Source of the DNA: Octopus bimaculoides
Taxonomy: Eukaryota
Direction: 5' to 3'
Assembly (NCBI RefSeq): GCF_001194135.2
Contig: NC_068983.1
Coordinates: 105,571,610 to 105,635,609, forward strand
DNA length: 64,000 bases
The notes under the pieces were generated by a model, which was not told the origin of the DNA, did not search any database, and saw nothing but the letters and a program-made list of their open reading frames with translations. The position numbers were made by a program, and so were the translations under genes. Numbering within the stretch: position 1 is the stretch's first letter; the number at the start of each line of letters is the position of its first letter. Below are positions 1 through 14,461 of the stretch, one piece after another.

Positions 1-369
1 AACCCTCACCTTACTGGCCGCATCTCTGTACATGGCTCGCACAGCTCTCACTAGCCATTCTTCTATCCCAAGTTTCCTCATTGACCACCAGATAAGGGAT
101 CGGGGGACCCTGTCAAAGGCTTTCTCCATGTCAACGAAAGCCAGGTACAGAGGTTTATCCTTGGCTAGGTATTTCTCTTGCAACTGTCTCACTAGAAATA
201 AGGCATCAGTAGTGCTTTTACCTGGCACGAACCCAAACTGCATCTCATCTAAATTGATTCGCTCCCTAATTAGTTGGGCTATGACCCTCTCTGTAACTTT
301 CATAACCTGATCTAACAGCTTGATGCCTCTGTAATTATTTGTATCTAAAGCGTCCCCTTTACCTTTGTA
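1..369 (-). mobile_element. RTE-clade LINE reverse transcriptase fragment (runs off the window start)
   Basis: Reverse complement encodes YKGKGDALDTNNYRGIKLLDQ...YLAFVDMEKAFDRVPRSLIWWSMRKLG and is nearly identical to the + strand RT segment at about 28290-28650. Confidence 0.93.
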
Positions 370-814
370 AAATTTATAGTCTTCTACTGATGTGAGGGAG
401 CATTATTTTTAGCAGTGAATGACAAAAATGGTAATGCACTTGAGTAGTTACATTTATTCTTTTGCATTCTGTGTTAAAATTCTGCCAGTGTCGGCTTTGA
501 CATTGACTCTTTCAGAATCAGTAAAAATATAGAAGTTCTGTACATGAACAAGTTCAGTAGATTGTCTCTTTTGCACAGGTTATGATGAGAAACATTATCA
601 TTATAAATCAATAATGTCATATCACCAGTCAGTCTTTGTCTCATATTTCTGGCAATATTTCTTTAAAGTAATTATCTCTAGGCCTTTGATCATTTTTCTG
701 ACCTCCTCCAAGATGCAGGTAGGTCTTGTAAGCTGATAAAACAAAAAGCAGAGCATTTTTCCCTCATTGTCAGAATATGAAGACTGAGTGAGAGAGATCA
801 ACTAGCAAATTGCT

Positions 815-1026
815 TCATATTATTTATACTGGCCATATTAGGTCCAAATATTGTTTCATGCTCAAACCAGCTAAATCCAGCCTCGCACACCATCCCTACA
901 ATATTATTTTGACAATAAACAATCACATCACTGAAATTTTGAAGCTGTGAGGTAATGCATGACTAAATCAAAACAGTGTAAATAATTATCATATTTGACA
1001 GAGTAATCTGAATGCTAAAGGTTTAA
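815..1026. mobile_element. Degenerate copy of a TTAA-flanked (piggyBac-type) MITE
   Basis: Ends in TTTGACAGAGTAATCTGAATGCTAAAGGTTTAA and aligns by eye along its length with the intact copy at 33284-33511. The left TIR is decayed. Confidence 0.75.
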
Positions 1027-1229
1027 ACCCTTTCAGTCAGAACTTGCATAAAATAGCTTCTGGTTCTACAATATAAGATTGTCTATTTGAAATATTTAAA
1101 GTAAAAGAGAAACCTTCCATTTTAACTTTATAAAACCCTTGTCTTATGTTACATTATAATGATAAGGAGATAGTTATTTTAATAAACCTCTCTAGGTTTT
1201 TGATTATTTTCAAAATTAATTGAAAACAT

Positions 1230-1282
1230 AAGGCAGTGCTCCAGCATGGCCAGTCAAATGACTGAAACAAGTAAAAGAATAA
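1230..1282 (+). mobile_element. 3' tail fragment of the SINE family seen at 6699-7083
   Basis: GTGCTCCAGCATGGCC-AGTCAAATGACTGAAACAAGTAAAAGAATAA matches the tail at about 7030-7083. Confidence 0.7.
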
Positions 1283-3564
1283 TGGATTTCATTAGAGATA
1301 TAGTTAGGGAACGATTAATAGAGTTACGACTACGAATATTACAGGAAAGAAAACTCGTCCTTTAAATATTACAAAGTCGACATCCATTGGAAAATACCCT
1401 CTTATTATCTGAACATCTAAACTTATCTAGCTGTACTATCACAGTTTGGACTAATGAAACTATATTCAAACTGTATGATTAGTTTTTCTCCAAACATTTT
1501 TTGTCTCGCATTCATTTAATGATTAAAAATAAACCTCATTAAGTATTAGATTTATTTTTATATAATTAGTTACTTTCAAACCTCATATCCTGTTTTACAA
1601 GTTATCTCAAGGCGGTTCAAAGAATATTATTGTACCTGGTCAGTGAAACTAAATATCAAAATATTTCCACCTGTTGAAAGAATTAAATAATTATATAGAA
1701 GAAAGTATATTTAATGATTTAGAACATTAGACAGATTAAGTATATTCATGTAGGTGATAAAAGAAATACACTGATAAATTGAATATTCTTTTCCCATCAT
1801 GAAGTACAGGACACGCTCATTTCACTTTCTTTGAAGGTTTCTCAGTGAAGCAAACAAATATGTGATTTATTCTTATTCAGCAAATTGTTTACGAATGCTC
1901 CAAGTTTGAAAAGCCTTTAAACAAATGTCAAGCATGTCTGGAATTGTCTCCAACACTTACCAAAGAAAAAAATGCAAGTCCTTGACTAATATTGATTTAT
2001 TTTACTGTATAAGTAAATCTACTTTAGCTGTTTGATGTTCTAATAATTGAATATACTTTCACCCACATATCTATCTAATTAACATAAATATGGTGTTCAA
2101 AGCAATCTAATCTGTTAATATTTCTCTTGCTCTACACCAAGTATATATATTTAGTATACTTATTAAGCAATTTGCATGCTAATTCTCAGGAGTGTTCAAA
2201 CAAAGCAAACTGCATTCAGTGTTGCCATTGGCTTGGTGATGAAGAACAAAGATCATTCTTCAACTAATTCGTTTTTCTTTTGCAACTTGCTTTACATAAC
2301 TGTCTAATCATATAGATGGCTTCCAAGATAAATTTAAGTAGAATTCGTTTTGTATCAGTTTTGTTGTCAATTCTAACATGTTTTACATTAATTCTTTCAA
2401 CTGTAAACATATCTGTTATGAGACCTACATGAAAGCATTGTATTTATTGCAAGACTTAACTTTAAAATTTAAATATTGAAATTATTTAGAAAATATTTCA
2501 GATCAAAGTAATTTCTTATTCATTGATGTTATAGTGTCTATAAATAATATATTTTACAAATTCTTAGCCAAAGCAACAATTATATTACCTGTTACCTATA
2601 TATAACTTTTGCCTCGATCACTTGTTTTCTATAGTTGTCTCTAGTTAGCTTTAATGCATGGAGGTTTTTGTTCTTGTTTACATACATTCTGAATGAGCAG
2701 ACTTTGATCAAAAGACATTGCATAACCATTGAATAATGGTAGGATGTGTTTTTAAGAATTGATTTAGCTATTGCTAACTAGTTAAGTGAACTCATAAAGG
2801 CTCCTTAATTAAATGAGGCATTTTCTTTTTTTTTTTTTTTTTGCACATTCTGCCCACCAGTCTTTATTCTGATATTTTTCTAAAGATTTAAAACTTACAA
2901 ACACAAGGTCTCCATTTTAAAGATAATAGACTATTACATTGAACTTCTTGATAAATGTGGAGACTTTGAATTTGATATGATTCAAATGTCTGTTTCTCTA
3001 AAATATTTACATTTTTATGTTTGTATTAAATTGTTTTGTCTTACTGTCTACCCGCCATTATCATGTTAACATTGATTAAGCATTGATATTTATCACAGTT
3101 GCTCAGGTTTTACTGATAGAGATATTCTTGCTGACACTGACTAATGCTTTTATATTCATTTCAATTGACTCATACAAATAGAATAAACTTGGCCACCTTG
3201 CTAAAGTATTCCAATGCCTTAACTTTATTGGCTATATGTCAGTAAGTACATCACTGTGATTTCAACACTATAAATCAATGTTCTGAAAGGGGGGAAAAAA
3301 AAAAAGCAGTCATTTTAAAATGTTTAATGCTAACATTACCTTCGATTAATTTCCAGTATTAAAGTGAAAATTTCAGTCAAGCACAATGAAAAATGTTCTA
3401 ATTTTATAAATACAAATCAGAATTTCATTATTGACATGACTTTCATGAAGTGGCAGGCTCTTTTTCACAGCAACAAGCTACTAATGTTGATTGAAACTGC
3501 CATTTCATACTTGTAGCTTGCTGTACATCCCTCATTCACTTTTGTATGTATTTATGTATCTGTA

Positions 3565-3613
3565 TGTATACACAAACACACACACACACACACTCACACA
3601 CATACACACACAC

Positions 3614-3647
<34 letters not shown>

Positions 3648-3650
3648 CTT
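3565..3650. repeat. Compound (CA)n/(TA)n microsatellite
   Basis: Directly visible dinucleotide runs. Confidence 0.95.
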
Positions 3651-3689
3651 ATATTTATTTGCATGTGTGTATGTATGATCATTATCACA

Positions 3690-3960
3690 TCATTTTAAGC
3701 CCATTTTCCATGCTGGTAGTAGTCGGATGGTTCAATAAGATCTGATGTATCAGAAGACAACATTTTGTTCTGGTATAGTTTCTATGGCTGAATGCCCTTC
3801 TTAACACCAAGCATTGTAAAGTGTACTGTGTGCATTTTTTCATGTCACCATTCATTATAGAATTGTCCTTTTAACCCTGCATGGTCTCTGCTTGATTTAC
3901 CATCAACTTTACAGTGTGTACTAGATGCTTTTTTACATGGTACCAGCACTAGTAAGGTTG
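3690..3960 (-). mobile_element. Old RTE 3'-tail-derived repeat
   Basis: CCATTTTCCATGCTGG...GTTTCTATGGCTGAATGCCCTTCTTAACACCAA resembles the RTE tail at 26270-26420. Confidence 0.6.
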
Positions 3961-4477
3961 TTTTGTTAATCACAAATCTTTGAAAGAGAAAACAGGAGGG
4001 AGAATGTGAGAACTTTGTACAGGGTGTTGAGAAAAATTAAATATAATGGGAGGAACTGGTTTATTGTGAGAAGATAGAAGTGGAGAGAGTAATAGAGGAA
4101 ACAGTGTTGTGGTGAAGTAATGGCAGGAAAGTATAGTTAAGTTTGTGAAAAAGAGTCAGTAGTAGGGATGATGGAATGGGTTGAGTTGAAGGGTTTCAAT
4201 ACTAAACTATGTTATAAGGGGTAATATGGGAAGGCAGGGTACATGAAAGATAAAGATAGGGTTAATTAGGAGCTGCAGAATTTGTGAGGAGAGAGCCAGC
4301 AAAAGTGAGGATTAAAAGGTGTCATGGAAGTGGGGGAGGAGGAGTAGAAGTTGAGAGAGTGTTGAGGTGGTAGAGAAGCTATGGAGAGAAGTCACTGTGA
4401 GAAAGAGGGGTGGGGTGGGCAAATTGTGGACAAATACAGTGAGAATATTCCAACCACTCATCATCTTTACTCAATTT

Positions 4478-5700
<1,223 letters not shown>

Positions 5701-6698
5701 TACGTTGCTTATTTATTTTTTAATGATCCTCCACATTTACACTGACATCCACTTAATTCCTTTCCTGGAATTCTATCTTCTCTTTGGATTATACTAAATT
5801 TTCTGTTTTCATGTTCTTACACACTCTCGTGCGTATGCACATACACATATCTGATAGTAAGCATCTAAACAGACACTTGTAATTTCTATTTCAATTATTA
5901 GAGAACAGTTCACTACTTCACAGTTATAGAATTTCAAATTAAAGAATTTTTTTCTTAGCTATAAAAACATTATTTATCATGGCCTCTTTACCTGAGGATA
6001 ATTTTGATAATCTTTTCATTTCAGTTATAGCTTTTATGTAATGTTTGTGATTGGATATTTTGCATTCTGGTATTGATTAAACTGCTACTTATGTGATATC
6101 CTAAAGGGCATTTTTTTTAATGATAACTATAGCTTTTTTATTATTATTTTGTGGGTGTAATCTAATATATTCTTGAGCATTTAATATCTGATTATATATC
6201 TTTTTCATCTTGCCAATGAAAAATACCAATGCATAAGTAAACAGTTAGATTGAAAGGATGTAATCTGTATGGTTTCAGCTGTGTCTGTTGTCATTTTTGT
6301 TTAGTAATGATTGGACAACTCTCTGGTGAAAGGTATTCTACATGTGACCATCATCTCTGGTATCTACAACTATATTTGTTTCCATTCCTTTTTTAACACG
6401 ATAAAGTGTGATATGAGATAAATTTAGCTGCTATATGAAGCAGATTGAGCAACTACATTGAAGTTCCTTAGTGGGCTTAAAGCTGTGTGTTGTTCATGGG
6501 TGATGGACTTAATTTGTGCCTGATTTAACACCTTTTTATGTCTTTAGTAGAGTCCATTTGTTGCAAGTATTTGGTCCAGGTCTCCAGTCAGAAGATAATT
6601 TTTCTCCAGTAATCTCATAAATCCTGAAGAATGTTATGGCTACTGTCTCTACTACCTGACTATGTATTTTAAATAAAAAAAAGATATTTAATGAAACT

Positions 6699-7083
6699 GT
6701 GGCTGTGTGGTAAGTAGCTTGTTTACCAACCACATGGTTCCAGGTTCAGTCCCACTGCATGGCACCTTGGGCAAGTGTCTTCTACTATAGCCTTGGGCCG
6801 ACCAAAGCCTTGCAAGTGGATTTGGTAGATGGAAACTGAAAGGAGCCTGTTATGTGTATAATATATATATATATGTTTGTGTGTCTGTGTTTGTTCCCTC
6901 ATCATCGCTTGACAACCGATGTTGATGTGTTTGTCCCTGTAACCTAGTGGTTCGGCAAAAGAGATCAATAGAATAAGTACTAGGGTTACAAAGAATAAGT
7001 CCTAGGGTCGATTTGTTCGACTAAAGGTGGTGCTCCAGCATGGCCGCAGTCAAATGACTGAAACCAATAAAAGAAGAAAAGAA
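6699..7083 (+). mobile_element. Full-length tRNA-derived SINE with a CORE-like CCTTGGGCAAG motif and internal TA/TG microsatellite
   Basis: Head GTGGCTGTGTGGTAAGTAGC...GGTTCAGTCCC, body CACCTTGGGCAAGTGTC and an AAAAG-type tail. An inverse copy lies at 50450-50833. Confidence 0.9.
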
Positions 7084-8114
7084 AGGTAAAATAGAAATAT
7101 TGAGTAATGGGCCAGAAATTCATATATTTTTACAGGTTGACTTTTTGCCAATATACTTTTACTTGCTTCCGTTAGTGTTTTCACCCAATGTCAGCCCTGA
7201 TCAAGCACCCCTATGAACTTCCTGTCTTTTATTCAGTATTGAAATGCATTATCCAATTATCTAATGTCTTTTTTTTTTTTTTTTTTTTTTTATAAGACAA
7301 TAGATTATGAGTTAAATGTGATTGAGATGCATTTTCTACCTGGCTGAGTAGCATGTAGAAGCTTCTTCACTTAATTCAACTTACCTTGCTGATAGATAGG
7401 CAGACAAATTTTGTATTTAGAAAGTTACCTGTAAAGTATGTTGTATCCAAGGGAAGAGTGAATTTTGGGTTAAACACCATCCTTAAACTGCTGCTGTTCA
7501 GTTATCAATAAATAAAAGATACCCTCCAAAAATAAATAAATGTAAAAGAAACATTAGATATTGTAATCTTGGAAACATTGTGACTGAGTAAAAAATGTAA
7601 TTTCGCAAACATTGTGACTGAATAAAAAAAATGGGATGTTTACAGCTATTCCAGCTGTGAACATGGGTTTGTTTTATTTGATCAGGGCTGACCAGGGACT
7701 AATTTAATAAGGTTTCCTTATCTATTTAACAGTAAAAATATTTTACTAGTGTAGGATTTTATTTATCTTCCTTGGTTTTGTATGAAACATTTTATTTGTT
7801 ATTAAAGCTATTATCATATTTATTGTAAGAAGATCAGTTATGATAGGATTCAATTTGTTGCTCATTGATTTTTTTCTCACTCTCTGCTTTGTTATTTATA
7901 TCGACAAACTGCCAAAAAGAACAGCTTGCTTCTGCCATTTTATATATTGTACAAGTGTCTGATTCAGATTGTGCCAATTTAAACATTAATTTCAGTGCAA
8001 GTAAGCTAACATTATTTCATTAATTTATGTCGATTCTTATTTATCATACAATTAATTACTCACATGGGTCAACATTTTCAACTCTTGGAAGCTAAGAATA
8101 TGATATTAAAATCT

Positions 8115-8310
8115 CAAGGGATTCGCAGAATTAATAGAGCATCAGACAAAATGCTTTATGGTATTTAGCTATGAGCCTTTACATTGAGAGTTCATTCCTC
8201 CTACTTAGGTTGTTTTTGCCTTTCATCCCCTGGGATTGATAAAATATAGTACCAGTGAAGTACTGGAGTTAATATAATTCACTATACCCCTCTTTTAAAA
8301 ATGTAGAATA
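8115..8310 (+). mobile_element. Degenerate SINE of the GCCTTTCATCC family
   Basis: TTTGCCTTTCATCCCCTGGGATTGATAAAATATAGTACCAG matches the copies at 14231 and 51129. Confidence 0.7.
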
Positions 8311-9496
8311 GAATAAATTTAAATACAATACGATAAATTTTAATAGAATAATCTCTTTTTATTTTTCAAATTGAGAGGTAAATTTCATGATTAAGTTAGT
8401 CATGCTTCTGATAAAACTATTTCTTTCAAGGCTGTTTAAAAATTTATTTTAAGACTTTGTTGGTTGAATTGCTAAAGTGTTTTGGAAAAAACTGACTTCA
8501 AAAATTTACCCTTATTATTGAAACATTCTGGGATGACTGACAAATGGAAAACAGTAATTTTGGTTCTGTGGTACACTACGCAATTATATGGTTTGGGATT
8601 TGATTCACTGTTCAGCATCTGGTGCAAGTGTCTTTGGGTTGACCAAAGCCTTATTAATGAAATTTGGTAGGTGGAAACTGTTGGGGAGAATGGTCTCCTG
8701 TTATTAAGCGATAAACTTAATTTGTCACCCTGTTTAATTCTACCACCTGGTTTTAGTGGCATCCACTCTCTTACAAGCATTTAGGCCAGGTTTGTGATTT
8801 GAGGCTAACTTCCTCTCTTTCTCATAGAGCAATGGACATTGCACATCCTCTTCTGACTAAATAATAAAAAAAAATTAGTTTGTTCTGAGATCAAATCCTA
8901 ACAATATACTTTCCTTCAGTTCCTTGCAAAAACTTGTTCTTGTACCTACTCAAAGAAATCACTTACATTTGAGAACTTGTAAAAAATCAATATTGAAATG
9001 TTAACTAGCTTTGGTTAAAATCAGGATATTGTCTTTTCTGTTACGTTTCAACAGGGAGGAATAATGACAGTCAATATTAACATTAAGTAGTTATCTATTA
9101 CTATCAAGTAATAGCACTATTTACTATATTAATTGAATTTTTAGAGAGAATGCATTGAGCAAATTCATTGTTGCTTGGCTGAAAGTTAATGTTTCACATC
9201 TCCATATATTAAGTTTTGTTAGACAATATTTAGTACATTTTATTGGTTTCCTAGCCAACTATTGGAATTCATATCTACAAGTTATGGCCAAGAAGATAAA
9301 TCAAAGAGTTACTAACTTTCAAAGTATTTTATATACCAAGCAAATCATTTAACCCTTTCAACTTTCCTGTCACTATTTAATTTAGAATTTGTACATGAGG
9401 TAGGTTTTCACCTGAACATTTTTTTAATGGTAAAAATGTCAGTCTGTTCTTTTTCCTTTTGTGGCATAGAATTCATTGTGCACAACCTTTTATGCT

Positions 9497-9534
<38 letters not shown>

Positions 9535-9834
9535 CCGATTTGCCTGCCAACTTTTGATTTTATGTCTACCTGTTGTAACCTCTTCCCCTTGTTCCTTTTG
9601 TGCTATTTTATGTTTGTGAGTTTAAATTTCTAAGGAACAATATTAGGCTTCTAAATCTTTTATCATTCCTTTTATAATCCTTTCTTGATAAATCCACTCT
9701 TTATTGTAAGCTATGGCTGTACATCAGGTGAAAATTTTTTTCCAAAACCTCTTTATTTTTTGTTACACTTCAATTGATATGTATCAAAAATGTTTTTCAA
9801 CAATATGTACAAATACATTGGATTAAAATTTTGG

Positions 9835-10000
9835 CACAAAGCCAGCAATTTTGGAGAAGCGGTTAAGTCAATTACATCAACCCCAAAAGGATGAAAGGCA
9901 AAGTCAACCTTGGCAGAATTTGAGCCCAAAATGTAAAGATGGACAAAATACCGCTAAGCATTTTGCCCAGTGTGCTAATGATTGTGCCAGCTTGCTACCT
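9835..10000 (-). mobile_element. SINE of the GCCTTTCATCC family, reverse orientation
   Basis: AAAAGGATGAAAGGCAAAGTCAACCTTGGCAGAATTTGAGC is the reverse complement of the family core. Confidence 0.8.
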
Positions 10001-10149
10001 TAATATGCACAAGTATATTGGCAAGTAATTTCCTGACTGTCTTATGGGATAATGGGAGAGTGAATATAAGCATTGATCAAGTGTTAAGTGCTGTAGTTTA
10101 ACTGCTTGAGATGAGTTCAGTATGAGTTAGATGATTTATATATACATTG

Positions 10150-10400
10150 GTTCAAGGTGATTGAACAAGTGAAATCACAAGCGTGAGGATAACTAATATG
10201 ACAATATCCTTGGTATGGACAAGACGGTGAAGACAATTGAAACCCATATATTTAATAAAGAATTTCATTCAAAATTTCAAGAATATTAATGTACATGATA
10301 GGCACCTGAAGAAGGCTGAAGGGTACAACAGCTGAAATGTTATGAACATAAAAATCAAAAGGAAGAATATAATTCAAATACATCAGTAGATACCAACTCA
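10150..10400 (+). mobile_element. Penelope-like element terminal remnant carrying a hammerhead-like motif
   Basis: CACCTGAAGAAGGCTG-loop-CAGCTGAAATGTTATG at 10303-10344 has the architecture of Penelope-associated minimal hammerheads. Boundaries are approximate. Confidence 0.5.
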
Positions 10401-13400
10401 GAAATTCAGGAAAAAAGTTGTCACATAATTTTTTATTACAGTATTTAAAATATTTTGTTCGGGTTTATATAATAATGCTATTTATTTACCAAAAAAAATA
10501 AAATGATAAAGAGAGAAAACCCTATAATATAAAACTACTGGAATAATTCCTACTGGTAACACTTGTTGCTCGACAACTCTCATTGAAAATATTATAACAC
10601 CATTTCATATGATTATAGTTTTGCTACTGTTCTACTCTTTGCTTTAATTAGTGTGTGCAGACATACGAATACAAAAGCAAGCAGTTTCAGTGGAAATGTC
10701 ATGATGTTTCTACTTCACCTCTGACAGTTTTGTTTTTTGCCAATTGTAATGATTCCTTGTAATCAATCATTTCTCCTTATTATGCACATTTTTTTTTTTT
10801 CAAGTACATGAATTTTTTATTGAAATCAAATAATTATCTCATTTTAGCTGCATAATTTGGTGTATAATCAACCAGATTAACTTGCTCATTATCAATTTCA
10901 TTTCACAGTCTTCCACATTATACCATTCTCTTTAACATTACTTCCATATTGATGTGTAATGATTAAAAAAAAAAGATCCTTTCATATTTACTGATTTAAT
11001 AACTGGCTTTGTATCTTATATAATGAGATATATGAATAGGTTTAATTTTACTCTTAATGTTTATATTTAAACATGATAAATATGAAATATTTTCATTAGT
11101 CTAGGTTAAAAATAGGAGAAAATAGCCAACTACACTCCTTGTTACACTACTACTACACTGAAAATTTGAAAAGGGATTAAGATCATTAAAAAAAAAAAAA
11201 TCTACATGAAATGAATCCTCAGCATGTGAGTGTGTGAAGGGGAAAAGTGAGTGAGCGACTATAATGCAGAACTACTGGTTGTTGGGTATGAACTGAAAAA
11301 CCTTCCTAAAATTTTACTATCAATAGTTTATGTTAATAAGGATATCAAAACAAAACATTATCTCTGTTCATGTGTCTAAATTTGCAAACACCTTCAACTT
11401 GGAGAAATAGAAACAAAATATTTAGAAAAACTTTTTCTGTAGCATTTTTTATTTCTTTTGTGTTAACAATTTTTTAATATGAATTATATATATATGACAT
11501 TTGCATTCAATAACAACAAAAAGGAAAGGAAGAACACTCACCTAAACGTATAACTATACGATTTAGTGCTATTTTAGTTAAGCATTTTGAAAGAAATTCA
11601 TTTCTTCTTTTTGCTAGTCAACGACTATATTGGCGCAAATCCAAAAAAATGTTGTATTAAGAAATAGAGCAATTTGGTCATTGAAAGGTAAATACATCCA
11701 TTTTCTTGTGAATATTTTTTCTTAAATTCTAACATTTTAAACCCCTAGACATTTCCTCACCACAAGCAACTAATACCACTAATAAAGCTATGTGTATAAG
11801 TTTCCAAAACCAATATTTTATTTGTATATTTAAGGTAATGAAATGCACAAAATTGTTTTAAAATTTTAAACTTCTTAATGTGGCAATATTTTGAAGGAGA
11901 AAACTATTGAACTGAAAATTTTGTTAAGAATTGTATTTCTCTTTTAAAATTATAACAAAGTGAAGGGCGGAAAAAAAACAAGCAAAATTATTTGCTAATG
12001 CCAAACATATGAATCTTCAAAATATTGCAAGCTGTATTCTAGTTAACCTAATCACTGCATGTTTTTAATTCCCAGTACTAACCATAAATGCATGACTATG
12101 TAATCCTGAAATGTCCCAAGATATTTCCCTTAACCCTTAGGAATTCTAACGTACCCTAAAATCAATAGATTGTATGTATATATAACAAGACTACTTCTTT
12201 GCATAGTAAACTAGAGTTTTATTAAATTTATTAGTGCCGATCAATAAATGTCAAAATTATTAATACCAATGAAGGAATTTAATTAAAAAAATAACCACAG
12301 CAACAACAAAAAAATGAGTTTACAAGGAAAACCACTGTCTCGTATCAATATAAAGAAATTATTTATCTTTCCAGAGCATAACTTCCAAATAATACTTATT
12401 GACCTTAGCATACTTATAGCTAACCTTTATGGAGATTGTTTGTATGGTAGTTGTAAAAATAATCTGTTTAAAGGTTTGCTTAAACAAATTTTTTGTTTAC
12501 TCTTTTTTTTTTTTTAATAGTTAGATTTAATGATAGATAAATATTAGTTATATAAGCATTAATTGATGGTATTTAAGAATGTTTGGCCCAACAAAATTGA
12601 TGACACATCATGACAAATGTACATGTCATCACAGCTCACACCAACACAGAAAATTTGTACATTAAAATGATGATGGCAAGGAGTAGGAGGAGGAATAAAT
12701 TACAATTAATAACATGGTATAATACCTATCTACTGCTGCTGACCTGCTACATACACTCCAAGCTACTTTTGTTTTTACTGTAATAAGCTTCTGCCAATTA
12801 ATTTAAAAACCACTTTCTAGTTCTTGGTTGCCTTTAGTCCACAATATTACAAACACTCAGACTAGAGATGCAATTTTAGATAGCCTTGATGATACACTGC
12901 CTTTTATTTGTGTCGATCTCCTATTAGTATCTGTAATGGGAAAGGTTTCTCAGAAGTGGTTTCTTCAAAATTTAAAAGTTTGAGTAATGTCCTAGGAGGC
13001 TACTTTAATTCATTCTTTTTAGCCATGTTTGAACCCCTTCTGGAAGAAAGTTTTAACATGATGTTATAGGCTTATCTATGTTGGTTGTATACCTATTTGT
13101 CCATATTGGCCAATTGCAAGATGGTTGGGATGCAACTGTGGCTAGATGATTAACCGTGATCATTGGTTGAATTTGAATATAGACCACATCAAGCTGGAAC
13201 AAAGAGAGATTGTATGTCATTTCATCTATCACTCTAACAATTCTGCCCTCCTGGACTGGTACTTTATTGTATCTGAAAGGATATGTTGACCTCAGCAGGA
13301 TTTGAACTTGTAGTGCAGAAAAGGAATATCATAACGTGTTTTATCCTACACTCTAACAACATTGCATAATCATGTATTTTGTTCACTCCTGTTCATGATT

Positions 13401-14230
13401 GGTGACCTCCCTTCACCCATGAGGAAAATGAATGCATTCTTTGCCTATTAACTGCTAGCTGGATCCTGCATGGGAATTGAGATATTAGTCAGCAGCAACC
13501 TATGAATATTGGTCATTTTAGCCTCACCCATCGTCAATTTAAAGCTGTGACAAAACTTATCTTAAAGAATTAGGCTATTTCTTCTTCCTCTACATTAATA
13601 TTAATTTGATCTGCTTCAAATGTGGATTCTTTAGCTCTCACTATCAGTCACTTCTCTCAGGTACATATCTAGTGTTTATTCAACTTTATTATCCAGTTAT
13701 ACTCCATCTTCCAGCTACTTGTCTGGATATTAACAAAAAAAAGGACTTCCAACTATTTGTACTTAATTGTCACTATCTTTGAGCAAGCATAAAAAGAGCA
13801 GAGTTCTGCTCTGTTCTTTAATTAGCCATTGTTCAAATACTATTTTTCAAAGAAACCTGCTAGGTTAGACAAGTTACTAAAGTGCCCGAAAGATATTTTG
13901 ACAAGGAAAATGAATTCAATTTCACAAAGAGACTCCAAAATAAACTGCACATAGTGTTTGTTTTGTTCTTGACCAAAATAATGAATTATTAGTCTTTTAT
14001 TCTACTTTGGTAGGTGAGCATTTCATACACTAATCATGCATTAAATAGGTATTTTATTCAATTATCTCATTAGTTAAAAAAAAAGACTTAGTGATATTAG
14101 ACTAAAAAGCTCACAAAAATAAACACATGAAATCAGTAGTGTCCAGATGATGAATGTAGATGCTGGTTTTGCAAATGTTTAACAAAAGAAAAATCACCTT
14201 CAAGCCTAATGTAGAATTTAAAGAATTGGA

Positions 14231-14461
14231 AGGCAGCGAGCTGGCAGGAACATTAGCACGCCAGCAGTATTTCATCTGTCTTTACATTCTTAGCAGTATT
14301 TCATGTCTTTACATTCTGAGTTCAAATTCCACCAAGGTCGACTTTGCCTTTCATCCTTTCAGAGTCGATAAACTAAGTAAGTACCAGTTGTGTACTGGGG
14401 TCAATCTAATCGACTGGCCCCCTTCCCCATAAAATTTTGGGCCTTTTGCCTAGAGTAGAAA
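14231..14461 (+). mobile_element. tRNA-derived SINE (GCCTTTCATCC family) with an 18-bp TSD and an internal duplication of about 30 bp
   Basis: TSD AGAATTTAAAGAATTGGA at 14213-14230 and 14462-14479. GCAGTATTTCAT(CT)GTCTTTACATTCT occurs twice between 14264 and 14317. Confidence 0.92.

Noticed and set aside
579-718. Exon-like unit on + (TTGCACAG acceptor, CAG|GTAGGT donor, one open frame)
   Set aside because: It overlaps what looks like antisense decayed LINE sequence, the peptide resembles nothing I recognise, and no partner exon is evident. At most it is a cryptic or UTR exon.
2150-2400. Short protein-like minus-strand frame (ERINVKHVRIDNKTD...)
   Set aside because: About 45 codons, no recognisable homology, and no phase-consistent partner exons.
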